NCBI RefSeq assembly: GCF_056746865.1
Contig: NZ_CM163382.1
Direction: 5' to 3' (one strand)
Length of the DNA stretch: 64,000 nucleotides
In this document: positions 13,197 through 32,048 of the stretch, in pieces
How positions within the stretch are numbered: position 1 is the first letter of the stretch
How the letters are laid out: every line of letters begins with the position of its first letter
Translations under genes and position numbers: made by a program
Notes under the pieces: generated by a model
Databases searched by the model: none
Seen by the model: only the letters and a program-made list of their open reading frames with translations
Told to the model about the DNA's origin: nothing

Positions 13197-13712
13197 GTGT
13201 TTGATATCGGTTTTAGCGAACTGCTATTGGTATTCATCATCGGCCTCGTCGTTCTGGGGCCGCAACGACTGCCTGTGGCGGTAAAAACGGTCGCGGGCTG
13301 GATTCGCGCGTTGCGTTCACTGGCGACAACGGTGCAGAACGAACTGACCCAGGAGTTAAAACTCCAGGAGTTTCAGGACAGTCTGAAAAAGGTTGAAAAG
13401 GCGAGCCTCACTAACCTGACGCCCGAACTGAAAGCGTCGATGGATGAACTACGCCAGGCCGCGGAGTCGATGAAGCGTTCCTACGTTGCAAACGATCCTG
13501 AAAAGGCGAGCGATGAAGCGCACACCATCCATAACCCGGTGGTGAAAGACAATGAAGCTGCGCATGAAGGCGTAACGCCTGCCGCTGCACAAACGCAGGC
13601 CAGTTCGCCGGAACAGAAGCCAGAAACCACGCCAGAGCCGGTGGTAAAACCTGCTGCGGACGCTGAACCGAAAACCGCTGCACCTTCCCCTTCGTCGAGT
13701 GATAAACCGTAA
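13197..13712 (+). CDS. tatB: Twin-arginine translocase subunit TatB
   Basis: 171-aa ORF, GTG start, [26 protein letters not shown]... Confidence 0.95.
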
Positions 13713-13714
13713 AC

Positions 13715-14491
13715 ATGTCTGTAGAAGATACTCAACCGCTTATCACGCATCTGATTGAGCTGCGTAAGCGTCTGCTGAACTGCATTATCGCGGTGATCGT
13801 GATATTCCTGTGTCTGGTCTATTTCGCCAATGACATCTATCACCTGGTATCCGCGCCATTGATCAAGCAGTTGCCGCAAGGTTCAACGATGATCGCCACC
13901 GACGTGGCCTCACCGTTCTTTACGCCGATCAAGCTGACCTTTATGGTGTCGCTGATTCTGTCAGCGCCGGTGATTCTCTATCAGGTGTGGGCGTTTATCG
14001 CCCCAGCGCTGTATAAGCATGAACGTCGCCTGGTGGTGCCGCTGCTGGTTTCCAGCTCTCTGTTGTTTTATATCGGCATGGCGTTCGCCTACTTTGTGGT
14101 CTTTCCGCTGGCATTTGGCTTCCTTGCCAATACCGCGCCGGAAGGGGTACAGGTATCCACCGACATCGCCAGCTATTTAAGCTTCGTTATGGCGCTGTTT
14201 ATGGCGTTTGGTGTCTCCTTTGAAGTGCCGGTGGCAATAGTGCTGCTGTGCTGGATGGGGATTACCTCGCCAGAAGACTTACGCAAAAAACGCCCGTATG
14301 TGCTGGTTGGTGCATTCGTTGTCGGGATGCTGCTGACACCGCCGGATGTCTTCTCGCAAACGCTGTTGGCGATCCCGATGTACTGCCTGTTTGAAATCGG
14401 TGTCTTCTTCTCACGCTTTTACGTTGGTAAGGGTCGAAACCGAGAAGAAGAAAACGACGCTGAAGCAGAAAGCGAAAAAACTAAAGAATAA
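13715..14491 (+). CDS. tatC: Twin-arginine translocase subunit TatC
   Basis: 258-aa polytopic membrane ORF immediately after tatB. Confidence 0.95.
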   Translation: MSVEDTQPLITHLIELRKRLLNCIIAVIVIFLCLVYFANDIYHLVSAPLIKQLPQGSTMIATDVASPFFTPIKLTFMVSLILSAPVILYQVWAFIAPALYKHERRLVVPLLVSSSLLFYIGMAFAYFVVFPLAFGFLANTAPEGVQVSTDIASYLSFVMALFMAFGVSFEVPVAIVLLCWMGITSPEDLRKKRPYVLVGAFVVGMLLTPPDVFSQTLLAIPMYCLFEIGVFFSRFYVGKGRNREEENDAEAESEKTKE

Positions 14492-14532
14492 ACTCAACCG
14501 CCCGTCAGGGCGGTTGTCATATGGAGTTCAGG

Positions 14533-15845
<1,313 letters not shown>

Positions 15846-15966
15846 TTACGCTAAGTTAATTATATTCCCCAGTTTGCGTTATACCGTCAGAGTTCACGCT
15901 AATTTAACAAATTTACAGCATCGCAAAGATGAACGCCGTATAATGGGCGCAGATTAAGAGGCTACA

Positions 15967-17460
15967 ATGGACGCCATGAAATATAACGATTTACGCGACT
16001 TCTTGACGCTGCTTGAACAGCAGGGTGAGCTAAAACGTATCACGCTCCCGGTGGATCCGCATTTGGAAATCACTGAAATTGCTGACCGTACTTTGCGTGC
16101 CGGTGGGCCTGCGCTGTTGTTCGAAAACCCTAAAGGCTACTCGATGCCGGTGCTGTGCAACCTGTTCGGTACGCCAAAGCGCGTGGCGATGGGCATGGGG
16201 CAGGAAGATGTTTCTGCGCTGCGTGAAGTCGGTAAATTATTAGCCTTTCTCAAGGAACCTGAACCGCCAAAAGGTTTTCGCGACCTGTTTGATAAACTGC
16301 CGCAGTTTAAGCAGGTATTGAACATGCCGACAAAGCGACTGCGTGGTGCGCCCTGCCAACAAAAAATCGTCTCTGGCGATGACGTCGATCTCAATCGCAT
16401 TCCCATTATGACCTGCTGGCCGGAAGACGCCGCGCCGCTGATTACCTGGGGGTTGACCGTGACGCGTGGCCCGCATAAAGAGCGGCAGAATCTGGGTATT
16501 TATCGTCAACAGCTAATTGGTAAAAACAAACTGATTATGCGCTGGTTGTCGCATCGCGGCGGCGCGCTGGATTTCCAGGAGTGGTGTGCGGCGCATCCGG
16601 GCGAACGTTTCCCGGTTTCTGTGGCGCTGGGTGCTGATCCCGCCACAATTCTCGGTGCAGTCACCCCCGTTCCAGATACGCTTTCAGAGTATGCGTTTGC
16701 CGGATTGCTGCGCGGCACCAAGACCGAAGTGGTGAAGTGTATCTCCAATGACCTTGAAGTGCCCGCCAGTGCGGAGATTGTGCTGGAAGGGTATATCGAA
16801 CAAGGCGAAACTGCGCCGGAAGGGCCGTATGGCGACCACACCGGTTACTATAACGAAGTCGATAGTTTCCCGGTATTTACTGTGACGCATATTACCCAGC
16901 GTGAAGATGCGATTTATCATTCCACCTATACCGGGCGTCCGCCGGATGAACCTGCGGTACTGGGCGTGGCGTTGAACGAAGTGTTTGTGCCGATTCTGCA
17001 AAAACAGTTCCCGGAAATTGTCGATTTTTACCTGCCGCCGGAAGGCTGCTCTTATCGCCTGGCGGTAGTGACGATCAAAAAACAGTACGCCGGACACGCG
17101 AAGCGCGTCATGATGGGCGTCTGGTCGTTCTTACGCCAGTTTATGTACACTAAATTTGTGATCGTTTGCGATGATGACGTCAACGCACGCGACTGGAACG
17201 ATGTGATTTGGGCGATTACTACCCGTATGGACCCGGCGCGGGATACTGTTCTGGTAGAAAATACGCCTATTGATTATCTGGATTTTGCCTCGCCTGTGTC
17301 CGGGCTGGGTTCAAAAATGGGGCTGGATGCCACGAATAAATGGCCAGGGGAAACCCAGCGTGAATGGGGACGTCCCATCAAAAAAGATCCGGATGTTGTC
17401 GCGCATATTGACGCCATCTGGGATGAACTGGCTATTTTTAACAACGGTAAAAGCGCCTGA
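15967..17460 (+). CDS. ubiD: 3-octaprenyl-4-hydroxybenzoate decarboxylase
   Basis: 497-aa ORF matching UbiD. Confidence 0.95.
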   Translation: MDAMKYNDLRDFLTLLEQQGELKRITLPVDPHLEITEIADRTLRAGGPALLFENPKGYSMPVLCNLFGTPKRVAMGMGQEDVSALREVGKLLAFLKEPEPPKGFRDLFDKLPQFKQVLNMPTKRLRGAPCQQKIVSGDDVDLNRIPIMTCWPEDAAPLITWGLTVTRGPHKERQNLGIYRQQLIGKNKLIMRWLSHRGGALDFQEWCAAHPGERFPVSVALGADPATILGAVTPVPDTLSEYAFAGLLRGTKTEVVKCISNDLEVPASAEIVLEGYIEQGETAPEGPYGDHTGYYNEVDSFPVFTVTHITQREDAIYHSTYTGRPPDEPAVLGVALNEVFVPILQKQFPEIVDFYLPPEGCSYRLAVVTIKKQYAGHAKRVMMGVWSFLRQFMYTKFVIVCDDDVNARDWNDVIWAITTRMDPARDTVLVENTPIDYLDFASPVSGLGSKMGLDATNKWPGETQREWGRPIKKDPDVVAHIDAIWDELAIFNNGKSA

Positions 17461-17505
17461 TGCGCGTTTGTTTTGCCCTATTTATCGATCCGACAGAGAA
17501 AGCGC

Positions 17506-18207
17506 ATGACAACCTTAAGCTGTAAAGTGACCTCGGTAGAAGCTATCACGGATACCGTATACCGTGTCCGAATCGTACCAGACGCGGCCTTTTCTTTTCG
17601 TGCTGGTCAGTATTTGATGGTAGTGATGGATGAGCGTGACAAACGTCCGTTCTCAATGGCTTCGACGCCGGATGAAAAAGGGTTTATCGAGCTGCATATT
17701 GGCGCTTCTGAAATCAACCTTTACGCGAAAGCAGTCATGGACCGCATCCTCAAAGATCATCAAATCGTGGTCGATATTCCCCACGGAGAAGCGTGGCTGC
17801 GCGATGATGAAGAACGTCCAATGATTCTCATCGCGGGCGGCACCGGGTTCTCTTATGCGCGCTCGATTTTGCTGACGGCGCTGGCGCGTAACCCAAACCG
17901 TGATATCACCATTTACTGGGGCGGGCGTGAAGAGCAGCATCTTTATGATCTCTCCGAGCTTGAGGCGCTTTCGCTTAAGCATCCTGGTCTGCAAGTGGTG
18001 CCGGTGGTTGAACAACCGGAAGCGGGCTGGCGTGGGCGTACTGGCACTGTGTTAACGGCGGTATTGCAGGATCACGGTACGCTGGCAGAGCATGATATCT
18101 ATATTGCCGGACGTTTTGAGATGGCGAAAATTGCCCGTGACCTGTTTTGCAGTGAGCGTAATGCGCGGGAAGATCGCCTGTTTGGCGATGCGTTTGCATT
18201 TATCTGA
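17506..18207 (+). CDS. fre: NAD(P)H-flavin reductase
   Basis: Start at ATG 17506 ([21 protein letters not shown]...), 233 aa; RPFS flavin-binding motif. Confidence 0.93.
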   Translation: MTTLSCKVTSVEAITDTVYRVRIVPDAAFSFRAGQYLMVVMDERDKRPFSMASTPDEKGFIELHIGASEINLYAKAVMDRILKDHQIVVDIPHGEAWLRDDEERPMILIAGGTGFSYARSILLTALARNPNRDITIYWGGREEQHLYDLSELEALSLKHPGLQVVPVVEQPEAGWRGRTGTVLTAVLQDHGTLAEHDIYIAGRFEMAKIARDLFCSERNAREDRLFGDAFAFI

Positions 18208-18280
18208 GATATAAAAAACCCGCCCCTGACAGGCGGGAAGAACGGCAACTAAAACTTTATTCAGTGGCATTTAGATCTAT

Positions 18281-18388
18281 GTCGCATCCGGCAATTGGTG
18301 CACGATGCCTGATGCGACGCTGGCGCGTCTTATCAGGCCTACATTGGTGCCGGATCGGTAGACCGGATAAGGCGTTCACGCCGCATTC
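18281..18388. repeat. REP/BIME cluster between convergent fre and fadA
   Basis: Repeated GCCTGATGCGACGC and GCCGGATaaggcgttcacgccgcATCCGGC-type palindromic units. Confidence 0.75.
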
Positions 18389-18397
18389 GGTAAGTGG

Positions 18398-19570
<1,173 letters not shown>

Positions 19571-21760
19571 TTAAGCCGTTTTCAGGTCGCCAACCGGACG
19601 GGCTGGCTCAACCGGGGGATAGTACGGTTCGTTATGACGCGCTTTATTACGCAGACCTTCCGGCACTTCGTACAGTGGGCCGAGGTGCTGATATTGCTGT
19701 GCCATATCGAGGTATTTTGCGCTACCGAGGGTGTCCAGCCAGCGGAACGCGCCACCGTGGAACGGAGGGAAACCCAGGCCGTAGACCAGCGCCATATCCG
19801 CTTCTGCCGGAGTGGCGATAATGCCTTCTTCCAGACAGCGCACCACTTCGTTGACCATCGGGATCATCATGCGGGCGATAATCTCTTCTTCGCTGAAATC
19901 GCGCTTCGGCTGGCTCACTTCTGCCAGCAGGTCGTCAACAGCGGCGTCTTCTTCTTTCTTCGGCTTACCTTTGCTGTCTTCTTTATAACGCCAGAAACCG
20001 AGGCCGTTCTTCTGACCAAAGCGGTTGGCATCAAACAGCGCGTCGATGGCATCGCGATAATCTTTCTGCATCCGCTGCGGGAAGCCTGCTGCCATGACAG
20101 CCTGGGCATGATGCGCGGTGTCAATGCCCACAACGTCCAGCAGATATGCCGGACCCATCGGCCAGCCAAACTGTTTTTCCATCACTTTGTCGATCTTGCG
20201 GAAATCCGCGCCGTCGCGCAGCAACTGGCTGAATCCGGCGAAGTAGGGGAACAGTACACGGTTAACGAAGAAGCCGGGGCAGTCGTTGACCACAATCGGC
20301 GTCTTTCCCATCTTGCTCGCCCATGCGACGACTTTCGCGATGGTTTCGTCGGAGCTTTTCTCGCCGCGAATAATTTCTACCAACGGCATCCGGTGCACCG
20401 GGTTAAAGAAGTGCATCCCGCAGAAGTTTTCCGGGCGTTCCAGCGCGTTGGCCAGTTCGCTGATAGGAATGGTTGAAGTGTTAGACGCCAGCACGGTATC
20501 CGGGCGTACTTTTTGTTCGGTTTCTGCCAGTACGGCTTTTTTCACTTTCGGGTTTTCGACAACCGCTTCTACCACAATATCCACGCGGTCAAACCCGGCG
20601 TAGTCGAGCGTTGGGTGGATTGTAGAGATCACGCCAGCCAGTTTCAGACCATCGATCTTGCCGCGCTCAAGCTGCTTGTTCAGCAGTTTCGCGGCTTCGG
20701 TCATGCCGAGGGTTAACGACTTGTCGTTGATATCTTTCATGACAACCGGCACGCCTTTCCACGCAGACTGGTAAGCGATGCCGCCGCCCATAATGCCTGC
20801 GCCCAGCACAGCGGCCTGTTTTGGGGTTTCAACGTCTTTGGTGAGTTTCTTCGCTTTGCCTTTTACATATTGATCGTTAAGGAAAATGCCGACCAGTGCG
20901 CGAGCTTCGTTGGTATGCGCCAGCGGGACAAAACTTTTGTTTTCCAGATTTAAGGCTTCTTCACGACCAAAACGGGCCGCCGCTTCAATGGTTTTTACTG
21001 CGGTGATGGGGGCCGGATAATGTTTCCCCGCCGTTTGTGCGACCATCCCTTTAGCGATGGTGAAACTCATGGTGGCTTCAATCTTGCTCAGTTTTAGCGG
21101 TTCCAGCTTCGGCTGACGTTTCGCTTTCCAGTCGAGGTCGCCGTTAATGGCCTGGCGTAAAATCGCCATCGCCCCTTCAACCAGTTTTTCTGCTTTGACT
21201 ACACCATCCACCAGACCGATTTTCAGCGCCTGATCCGCGCCGACATCTTTACCGGCGGCAATGATTTCCAGCGCACTGTCAGCGCCCAGCATACGTGGCA
21301 TACGTACAGAACCGCCAAAGCCCGGCATGATGCCCAGTTTGGTTTCCGGCAGACCGATGCGCAGATCCGGCGTCGCCAGACGATAATCGGTCGCCAGCAC
21401 GCATTCGCAGCCACCGCCCAGCGCATAGCCGTTGACGGCAGCAATGGTCGGCACCGGCAGATCTTCCAGGCGATTAAACACGCTATTGGCAAAGTGCAGC
21501 CACTGACTTAACTGTTCTTCAGGAACGAGGAACAGAGACAAAAATTCGGTGATATCAGCACCGACGATAAAGGCTGCTTTGTTCGAACGCAGCAGCAGCC
21601 CTTTTAGATCTGATTGCTGTTCCAGCACGCCGATGGCCTCGCCGAGGCTGGCGACGGTGGCAGTGTCGAGTTTATTAACTGAACCTGGGGCATCAAATAC
21701 CAGTTCGGCAATGCCATCTTCCAGCCAGTCAAGGTACAGGGTGTCGCCTTTGTAAAGCAT
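19571..21760 (-). CDS. fadB: Fatty-acid oxidation complex alpha subunit (enoyl-CoA hydratase / 3-hydroxyacyl-CoA dehydrogenase)
   Basis: ORF 19571-21886; true start at ATG 21758-21760 ([20 protein letters not shown]...), 729 aa. Confidence 0.95.
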   Translation of the reverse strand: MLYKGDTLYLDWLEDGIAELVFDAPGSVNKLDTATVASLGEAIGVLEQQSDLKGLLLRSNKAAFIVGADITEFLSLFLVPEEQLSQWLHFANSVFNRLEDLPVPTIAAVNGYALGGGCECVLATDYRLATPDLRIGLPETKLGIMPGFGGSVRMPRMLGADSALEIIAAGKDVGADQALKIGLVDGVVKAEKLVEGAMAILRQAINGDLDWKAKRQPKLEPLKLSKIEATMSFTIAKGMVAQTAGKHYPAPITAVKTIEAAARFGREEALNLENKSFVPLAHTNEARALVGIFLNDQYVKGKAKKLTKDVETPKQAAVLGAGIMGGGIAYQSAWKGVPVVMKDINDKSLTLGMTEAAKLLNKQLERGKIDGLKLAGVISTIHPTLDYAGFDRVDIVVEAVVENPKVKKAVLAETEQKVRPDTVLASNTSTIPISELANALERPENFCGMHFFNPVHRMPLVEIIRGEKSSDETIAKVVAWASKMGKTPIVVNDCPGFFVNRVLFPYFAGFSQLLRDGADFRKIDKVMEKQFGWPMGPAYLLDVVGIDTAHHAQAVMAAGFPQRMQKDYRDAIDALFDANRFGQKNGLGFWRYKEDSKGKPKKEEDAAVDDLLAEVSQPKRDFSEEEIIARMMIPMVNEVVRCLEEGIIATPAEADMALVYGLGFPPFHGGAFRWLDTLGSAKYLDMAQQYQHLGPLYEVPEGLRNKARHNEPYYPPVEPARPVGDLKTA

Positions 21761-21785
21761 GTCAGTCTCCTGAATCCGCAAGGTG

Positions 21786-21802
21786 ATCTGGTCGTACCAG
21801 AT
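21786..21802. promoter_or_regulatory. FadR operator of the fadBA promoter
   Basis: Perfect palindrome ATCTGGT-CGT-ACCAGAT 26 bp upstream of the fadB start; matches the known FadR site. Confidence 0.8.
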
Positions 21803-21949
21803 GCATCGAAGTGTGTATTTTGTGTTAAAAATATGCAAATAAAATATTAAAGAAATGCCGATCTGATCACGCTCGGCAGAAATCACGCTCTGGATGAACG
21901 ATGTGCTAAGATGCGGAGACTTAAGGTCAAAAAAACAGAAGGGTAAAAA

Positions 21950-23281
21950 ATGGAATCACTGGCCTCACTCTATAAAAATCATATAGCTACCTTACAAGAA
22001 CGGACTCGCGATGCGCTGGCGCGCTTCAAGCTGGATGCGTTACTTATTCACTCCGGCGAACTGTTCAACGTTTTTCTCGACGATCATCCCTATCCGTTTA
22101 AAGTGAATCCGCAATTCAAAGCGTGGGTGCCGGTAACTCAGGTGCCAAACTGCTGGCTGTTGGTGGATGGCGTGAACAAGCCGAAACTGTGGTTTTATCT
22201 GCCGGTTGATTACTGGCACAACGTCGAACCGCTGCCGACCTCCTTCTGGACTGAAGATGTAGAAGTGATCGCGCTGCCGAAAGCCGATGGCATTGGTAGC
22301 CTGCTGCCTGCTGCGCGCGGGAATATCGGTTATATCGGTCCGGTGCCGGAGCGTGCGCTGCAACTGGGTATTGAGGCCAGCAATATCAACCCGAAAGGGG
22401 TGATCGACTACCTGCATTACTACCGCTCCTTCAAAACCGAGTACGAACTGGCCTGTATGCGTGAAGCGCAGAAAATGGCGGTCAACGGTCATCGCGCGGC
22501 AGAAGAAGCGTTCCGTTCTGGCATGAGCGAGTTCGATATCAATATTGCCTATCTGACCGCGACCGGTCATCGTGATACCGACGTACCTTACAGCAACATT
22601 GTGGCGCTTAACGAACACGCTGCGGTGTTGCATTACACCAAACTGGACCACCAGGCACCGGAAGAGATGCGCAGCTTCCTGCTGGATGCCGGGGCCGAAT
22701 ATAACGGCTATGCGGCTGACCTGACCCGTACCTGGTCGGCAAAAAGCGATAACGACTACGCACAGCTGGTGAAAGACGTAAATGATGAACAACTGGCGCT
22801 GATCGCCACCATGAAAGCAGGCGTCAGCTATGTGGATTACCACATCCAGTTCCATCAGCGCATCGCCAAATTGCTGCGTAAACATCAAATCATCACCGAT
22901 ATGAGTGAAGAAGCGATGGTCGAAAACGATCTCACCGGACCGTTTATGCCGCACGGTATCGGTCATCCGCTGGGCCTGCAGGTGCATGACGTAGCTGGCT
23001 TTATGCAAGATGATAGCGGTACGCACCTCGCGGCACCGGCAAAATATCCGTACCTGCGCTGCACCCGTATTCTCCAGCCGGGCATGGTGTTAACCATCGA
23101 ACCGGGTATTTACTTCATTGAATCGCTGCTGGCACCGTGGCGTGAAGGGCAGTTCAGCAAGCACTTCAACTGGCAGAAAATTGAAGCACTGAAACCGTTC
23201 GGCGGCATTCGTATCGAAGACAACGTGGTGATCCACGAAAACAACGTGGAAAACATGACCCGGGATCTGAAACTGGCGTGA
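21950..23281 (+). CDS. pepQ: Xaa-Pro dipeptidase (prolidase)
   Basis: 443-aa M24-family ORF matching PepQ. Confidence 0.95.
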
Positions 23282-23895
23282 TGGAAAGCTGGTTAATTCC
23301 TGCGGCACCAGTCACGGTCGTTGAAGAGATCAAAAAGAGCCGCTTCATAACGATGTTGGCGCATACCGATGGCGTTGAGGCGGCGAAAGCGTTTGTTGAA
23401 TCGGTGCGGGCAGAACACCCCGATGCCCGCCACCATTGCGTGGCGTGGGTGGCGGGTGCGCCGGATGATTCTCAACAGCTCGGTTTCTCTGACGACGGGG
23501 AACCGGCGGGAACGGCCGGTAAACCGATGCTCGCCCAACTAATGGGCAGCGGCGTCGGGGAAATTACCGCTGTGGTGGTGCGCTACTACGGCGGCATATT
23601 GCTTGGTACCGGTGGGTTAGTGAAAGCGTATGGCGGCGGCGTGAATCAGGCGCTGCGCCAGCTAACGACCCAACGCAAGACGCCATTAACCGAATATACT
23701 TTGCAATGTGAATATAGTCAGTTAACCGGCATTGAAGCGTTGCTGGGGCAGTGTGACGGCAAAATTATCAACAGTGATTATCAGGCATTCGTTCTGCTGC
23801 GGGTGGCGCTTCCGGCGGCGAAAGTGGCTGAATTTTCCGCAAAGCTGGCGGATTTTAGCCGTGGTTCATTGCAATTGTTAGCGATTGAAGAATAA
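23281..23895 (+). CDS. yigZ: IMPACT-family protein YigZ
   Basis: ORF 23278-23895; ATG at 23281 overlaps the pepQ stop (TGATG); about 204 aa. Confidence 0.85.
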   Translation: MESWLIPAAPVTVVEEIKKSRFITMLAHTDGVEAAKAFVESVRAEHPDARHHCVAWVAGAPDDSQQLGFSDDGEPAGTAGKPMLAQLMGSGVGEITAVVVRYYGGILLGTGGLVKAYGGGVNQALRQLTTQRKTPLTEYTLQCEYSQLTGIEALLGQCDGKIINSDYQAFVLLRVALPAAKVAEFSAKLADFSRGSLQLLAIEE

Positions 23896-23933
23896 TCCCC
23901 ACTTCGTTTTGCAGAACTAAGGAAGCGGCAGAG

Positions 23934-25385
23934 ATGCATTTTCGCGCCATTACCCGAATCGTTGGACTACTGGTCATCTTATTTTCAGGGACCATGATTA
24001 TCCCTGGGCTGGTAGCACTCATCTACCGGGATGGAGCGGGCCGCGCTTTTACCCAGACCTTTTTTGTCGCCCTCGCCATTGGCTCTATACTGTGGTGGCC
24101 GAACCGCAAAGAGAAGGGCGAACTGAAATCCCGTGAGGGGTTTCTGATAGTGGTGCTGTTCTGGACCGTGCTGGGTAGCGTCGGTGCGCTCCCTTTTATC
24201 TTCTCGGAAAGCCCGAACCTCACGATTACCGATGCGTTTTTTGAATCTTTCTCTGGCCTGACCACCACGGGGGCCACTACGCTGGTGGGGCTGGATTCGC
24301 TCCCTCACGCCATCCTCTTTTATCGCCAGATGCTGCAATGGTTTGGCGGGATGGGGATCATCGTGTTGGCGGTTGCGATACTGCCTATCCTCGGCGTGGG
24401 TGGGATGCAGCTCTATCGCGCAGAAATGCCCGGCCCACTGAAAGATAACAAAATGCGCCCGCGAATTGCGGAAACGGCGAAAACCCTGTGGTTGATTTAT
24501 GTCTTGCTGACCGTCGCCTGTGCGCTGGCGTTGTGGTTTGCCGGAATGGATGCCTTTGATGCCATCGGCCATAGCTTTGCGACTATCGCTATTGGCGGCT
24601 TCTCGACACATGATGCCAGTATCGGTTATTTCGACAGCCCGACTATTAACACTATCATTGCTATCTTCCTGCTGATCTCCGGCTGTAACTACGGTCTGCA
24701 CTTTTCACTGTTAAGTGGGCGTAGTCTGAAGGTTTATTGGCGCGATCCGGAATTTCGCATGTTTATCGGCGTACAGTTTACGCTGGTGGTTATTTGTACA
24801 CTCGTACTGTGGTTTCATAATGTCTACAGTTCGGCGCTGATGACAATTAACCAGGCGTTTTTCCAGGTGGTATCGATGGCGACAACCGCCGGGTTTACGA
24901 CTGACAGCATTGCCCGCTGGCCGCTCTTTTTGCCGGTACTGCTTTTATGTTCAGCTTTTATCGGCGGTTGCGCCGGGTCAACGGGCGGTGGCCTGAAAGT
25001 GATCCGCATCCTGCTGCTGTTTAAGCAGGGGAACCGTGAGCTGAAACGACTGGTGCATCCGAACGCCGTCTATAGCATTAAGCTGGGGAATCGCGCACTG
25101 CCGGAACGTATCCTCGAAGCCGTTTGGGGATTTTTCTCCGCCTATGCATTGGTGTTTATTGTCAGTATGCTGGCGATTATCGCCACGGGCGTGGATGACT
25201 TTTCTGCCTTTGCCTCGGTTGTTGCGACATTGAATAACCTGGGGCCAGGGCTTGGCGTGGTTGCTGATAACTTTACCAGTATGAACCCGGTGGCTAAATG
25301 GATCCTGATTGCCAACATGCTGTTTGGTCGTCTCGAGGTCTTTACATTGCTGGTGCTCTTTACCCCGACTTTCTGGCGTGAATGA
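23934..25385 (+). CDS. trkH: Potassium uptake protein TrkH
   Basis: 483-aa polytopic membrane ORF matching TrkH. Confidence 0.95.
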   Translation: MHFRAITRIVGLLVILFSGTMIIPGLVALIYRDGAGRAFTQTFFVALAIGSILWWPNRKEKGELKSREGFLIVVLFWTVLGSVGALPFIFSESPNLTITDAFFESFSGLTTTGATTLVGLDSLPHAILFYRQMLQWFGGMGIIVLAVAILPILGVGGMQLYRAEMPGPLKDNKMRPRIAETAKTLWLIYVLLTVACALALWFAGMDAFDAIGHSFATIAIGGFSTHDASIGYFDSPTINTIIAIFLLISGCNYGLHFSLLSGRSLKVYWRDPEFRMFIGVQFTLVVICTLVLWFHNVYSSALMTINQAFFQVVSMATTAGFTTDSIARWPLFLPVLLLCSAFIGGCAGSTGGGLKVIRILLLFKQGNRELKRLVHPNAVYSIKLGNRALPERILEAVWGFFSAYALVFIVSMLAIIATGVDDFSAFASVVATLNNLGPGLGVVADNFTSMNPVAKWILIANMLFGRLEVFTLLVLFTPTFWRE

Positions 25386-25396
25386 TGGAGTAATAC

Positions 25397-25942
25397 GTGA
25401 AAACATTAATTCTTTTCTCAACAAGGGACGGACAAACGCGCGAGATTGCCTCCTACCTGGCTTCGGAACTGAAAGAACTGGGGATCCAGGCGGATGTCGC
25501 CAATGTGCACCGCATTGAAGAACCACAGTGGGAAAACTACGACCGTGTGGTCATTGGTGCTTCTATTCGCTATGGTCACTACCACTCTGCGTTCCAGGAG
25601 TTTGTCAAAAAGCATGCGACGCGACTGAATTCGATGCCGAGCGCCTTTTACTCCGTAAACCTGGTGGCGCGTAAACCTGAGAAGCGTACTCCACAGACCA
25701 ACAGCTACGCGCGGAAGTTTCTGATGAGTTCACAATGGCGTCCCGATCGCTGCGCGGTCATTGCCGGGGCGCTGCGTTACCCACGTTATCGCTGGTACGA
25801 CCGTTTTATGATCAAGCTAATTATGAAGATGTCAGGCGGTGAAACGGATACGCGCAAAGAAGTTGTCTATACCGATTGGGAGCAGGTGGCGAATTTCGCC
25901 CGAGAAATCGCCCATTTAACCGACAAACCGACGCTGAAATAA
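25397..25942 (+). CDS. hemG: Protoporphyrinogen IX dehydrogenase (flavodoxin-like)
   Basis: 181-aa ORF with GTG start, [22 protein letters not shown]... Confidence 0.93.
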   Translation: MKTLILFSTRDGQTREIASYLASELKELGIQADVANVHRIEEPQWENYDRVVIGASIRYGHYHSAFQEFVKKHATRLNSMPSAFYSVNLVARKPEKRTPQTNSYARKFLMSSQWRPDRCAVIAGALRYPRYRWYDRFMIKLIMKMSGGETDTRKEVVYTDWEQVANFAREIAHLTDKPTLK

Positions 25943-25949
25943 GCATAAA

Positions 25950-26020
25950 GAATAAAAAATGCGCGGTCAGAAAATTATTTTAAATTTCCTCTTGTCAGGC
26001 CGGAATAACTCCCTATAATG
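25950..26020 (+). promoter_or_regulatory. rrnA P1 promoter with AT-rich UP element (-35 TTGTCA 25992-25997, -10 TATAAT 26014-26019)
   Basis: Canonical rrn P1 sequence cttgtcaggccggaataactccctataatgcgccacc preceded by an A/T-rich tract. Confidence 0.85.
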
Positions 26021-26104
26021 CGCCACCACTGACACGGAACAACGGCAAACACGCCGCCGGGTCAGCGGGGTTCTCCTGAGAATCTCAACAGGGAAAAGCA
26101 AAAA

Positions 26105-26140
26105 AATGCTTGACTCTGTAGCGGGAAAGCGTATTATGCA
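26105..26140 (+). promoter_or_regulatory. rrnA P2 promoter (-35 TTGACT 26110-26115, -10 TATTAT 26132-26137)
   Basis: Canonical rrn P2 sequence ttgactctgtagcgggaaagcgtattatgcacacc. Confidence 0.8.
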
Positions 26141-26174
26141 CACCCCGCGCCGCTGAGAAAAAGCGAAGCGGCAC

Positions 26175-26187
26175 TGCTCTTTAACAA
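26175..26187 (+). promoter_or_regulatory. rrn leader boxA antitermination element
   Basis: TGCTCTTTAACAA in the leader; a second boxA-like TGCTCTTTAAAAA lies in the spacer at about 28188-28200. Confidence 0.8.
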
Positions 26188-26318
26188 TTTATCAGACAAT
26201 CTGTGTGGGCACTCGAAGATACGGATTCTTAACGTCGCAAGACGAAAAATGAATACCAAGTCTCAAGAGTGAACACGTAATTCATTACGAAGTTTAATTC
26301 TTTGAGCATCAAACTTTT

Positions 26319-27860
<1,542 letters not shown>

Positions 27861-27928
27861 CCTTAAAGAATCGTTCTTTGAAGTGCTCACACAGATTGTC
27901 TGATGAAAATGAGCAGTAAAACCTCTAC

Positions 27929-28005
<77 letters not shown>

Positions 28006-28047
28006 AATTTGCACCGCAAATTTGAAGAGGTTTTAACTACATGTTAT

Positions 28048-28123
28048 GGGGCTATAGCTCAGCTGGGAGAGCGCCTGCTTTGCACGCAGGAGGTCTGCGG
28101 TTCGATCCCGCATAGCTCCACCA
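28048..28123 (+). tRNA. alaT: tRNA-Ala (TGC anticodon)
   Basis: GGGGCTATAGCTCAGCTGGGAGAGC...CTTTGCA...GCTCCACCA in the 16S-23S spacer. Confidence 0.95.
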
Positions 28124-28306
28124 TCTCTGTAGTGATTAAATAAAAAATACTTCAGAGTGTACCTGCAAAGGTTCACTGCGAAGTTTTGCTCTTTAAAAAT
28201 CTGGATCAAGCTGAAAATTGAAACACTGAACAACGAAAGTTGTTCGTGAGTCTCTCAAATTTTCGCAACACGATGATGAATCGAAAGAAACATCTTCGGG
28301 TTGTGA

Positions 28307-31208
<2,902 letters not shown>

Positions 31209-31300
31209 ACAACGCCGAAGCTGTTTTGGCGGATTGAGAGAAGATTTTCAGCCTGATACAGATTAAATCAGAACGCAGAAGCGGTCTGATAAACAGAATT

Positions 31301-31420
31301 TGCCTGGCGGCCTTAGCGCGGTGGTCCCACCTGACCCCATGCCGAACTCAGAAGTGAAACGCCGTAGCGCCGATGGTAGTGTGGGGTCTCCCCATGCGAG
31401 AGTAGGGAACTGCCAGGCAT
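31301..31420 (+). rRNA. rrfA: 5S ribosomal RNA
   Basis: TGCCTGGCGGCC...GGGAACTGCCAGGCAT, 120 nt. Confidence 0.97.
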
Positions 31421-31430
31421 CAAATTAAGC

Positions 31431-31460
31431 AGAAGGCCATCCGTCAGGATGGCCTTTTTG
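31431..31460 (+). terminator. rrnA operon rho-independent terminator
   Basis: Hairpin aaggccatcc-gtca-ggatggcctt followed by TTTTT. Confidence 0.85.
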
Positions 31461-31520
31461 CGCTGGAGCAGAAGAAGGCCGGATGCGACGCTGGCTGCGT
31501 CTGATCCAGCCTACTCTTGC

Positions 31521-32048
31521 TTATCCGTCCTGATTTTGCATCCACTCCACCACAAAATCAGCCAGCCCCCCAACATCATTAATATCCAGTAACGCGACAT
31601 CAAGATTAAGTGACACATCACTGGCTACAGCAATAACATGTCTGTCTATCACTAATTCTTCCGGTCGATGTCCGGCTCCATCGCGAAAAAGCACAATCTT
31701 TGCGATCTCTTCATGCTTAAACCCTTCGACCAGAATCAAATCCAGCTTTGAGGTATCCATTCGACTTGCGAGAAAATGTAGATCCAGCTCTTCTTCGTCT
31801 GGTGTTTCCGTCATCAAGGCCCATCGCTGCTGGCTGGCAACGATGGTTTGTGCCGCGCCAGCCTTGCGCAGCTCATAGCTATCTTTGCCCGGTTTATCAA
31901 CATCCATATCATGGTGCGTATGCTTAATCAGCCCTGGACGGATCCCTCTGGCGCATAATGCCGGGATCAGTTTTTTCAGCAGCGTAGTTTTTCCAGTGCC
32001 GCTCCACGCGGCAAAGGCGAGTAACGGTATCATCGTTTTTCCTGCCAT
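31521..32048 (-). CDS. mobB: Molybdopterin-guanine dinucleotide biosynthesis adapter protein MobB (P-loop GTPase)
   Basis: 175-aa ORF with Walker A (SGTGKTTL); overlaps the mobA 3' end by 19 nt. Confidence 0.9.
   Translation of the reverse strand: MAGKTMIPLLAFAAWSGTGKTTLLKKLIPALCARGIRPGLIKHTHHDMDVDKPGKDSYELRKAGAAQTIVASQQRWALMTETPDEEELDLHFLASRMDTSKLDLILVEGFKHEEIAKIVLFRDGAGHRPEELVIDRHVIAVASDVSLNLDVALLDINDVGGLADFVVEWMQNQDG

Noticed and set aside
22040-23026. 328-aa minus-strand ORF antisense to pepQ
   Set aside because: Embedded in pepQ on the opposite strand; no independent support.
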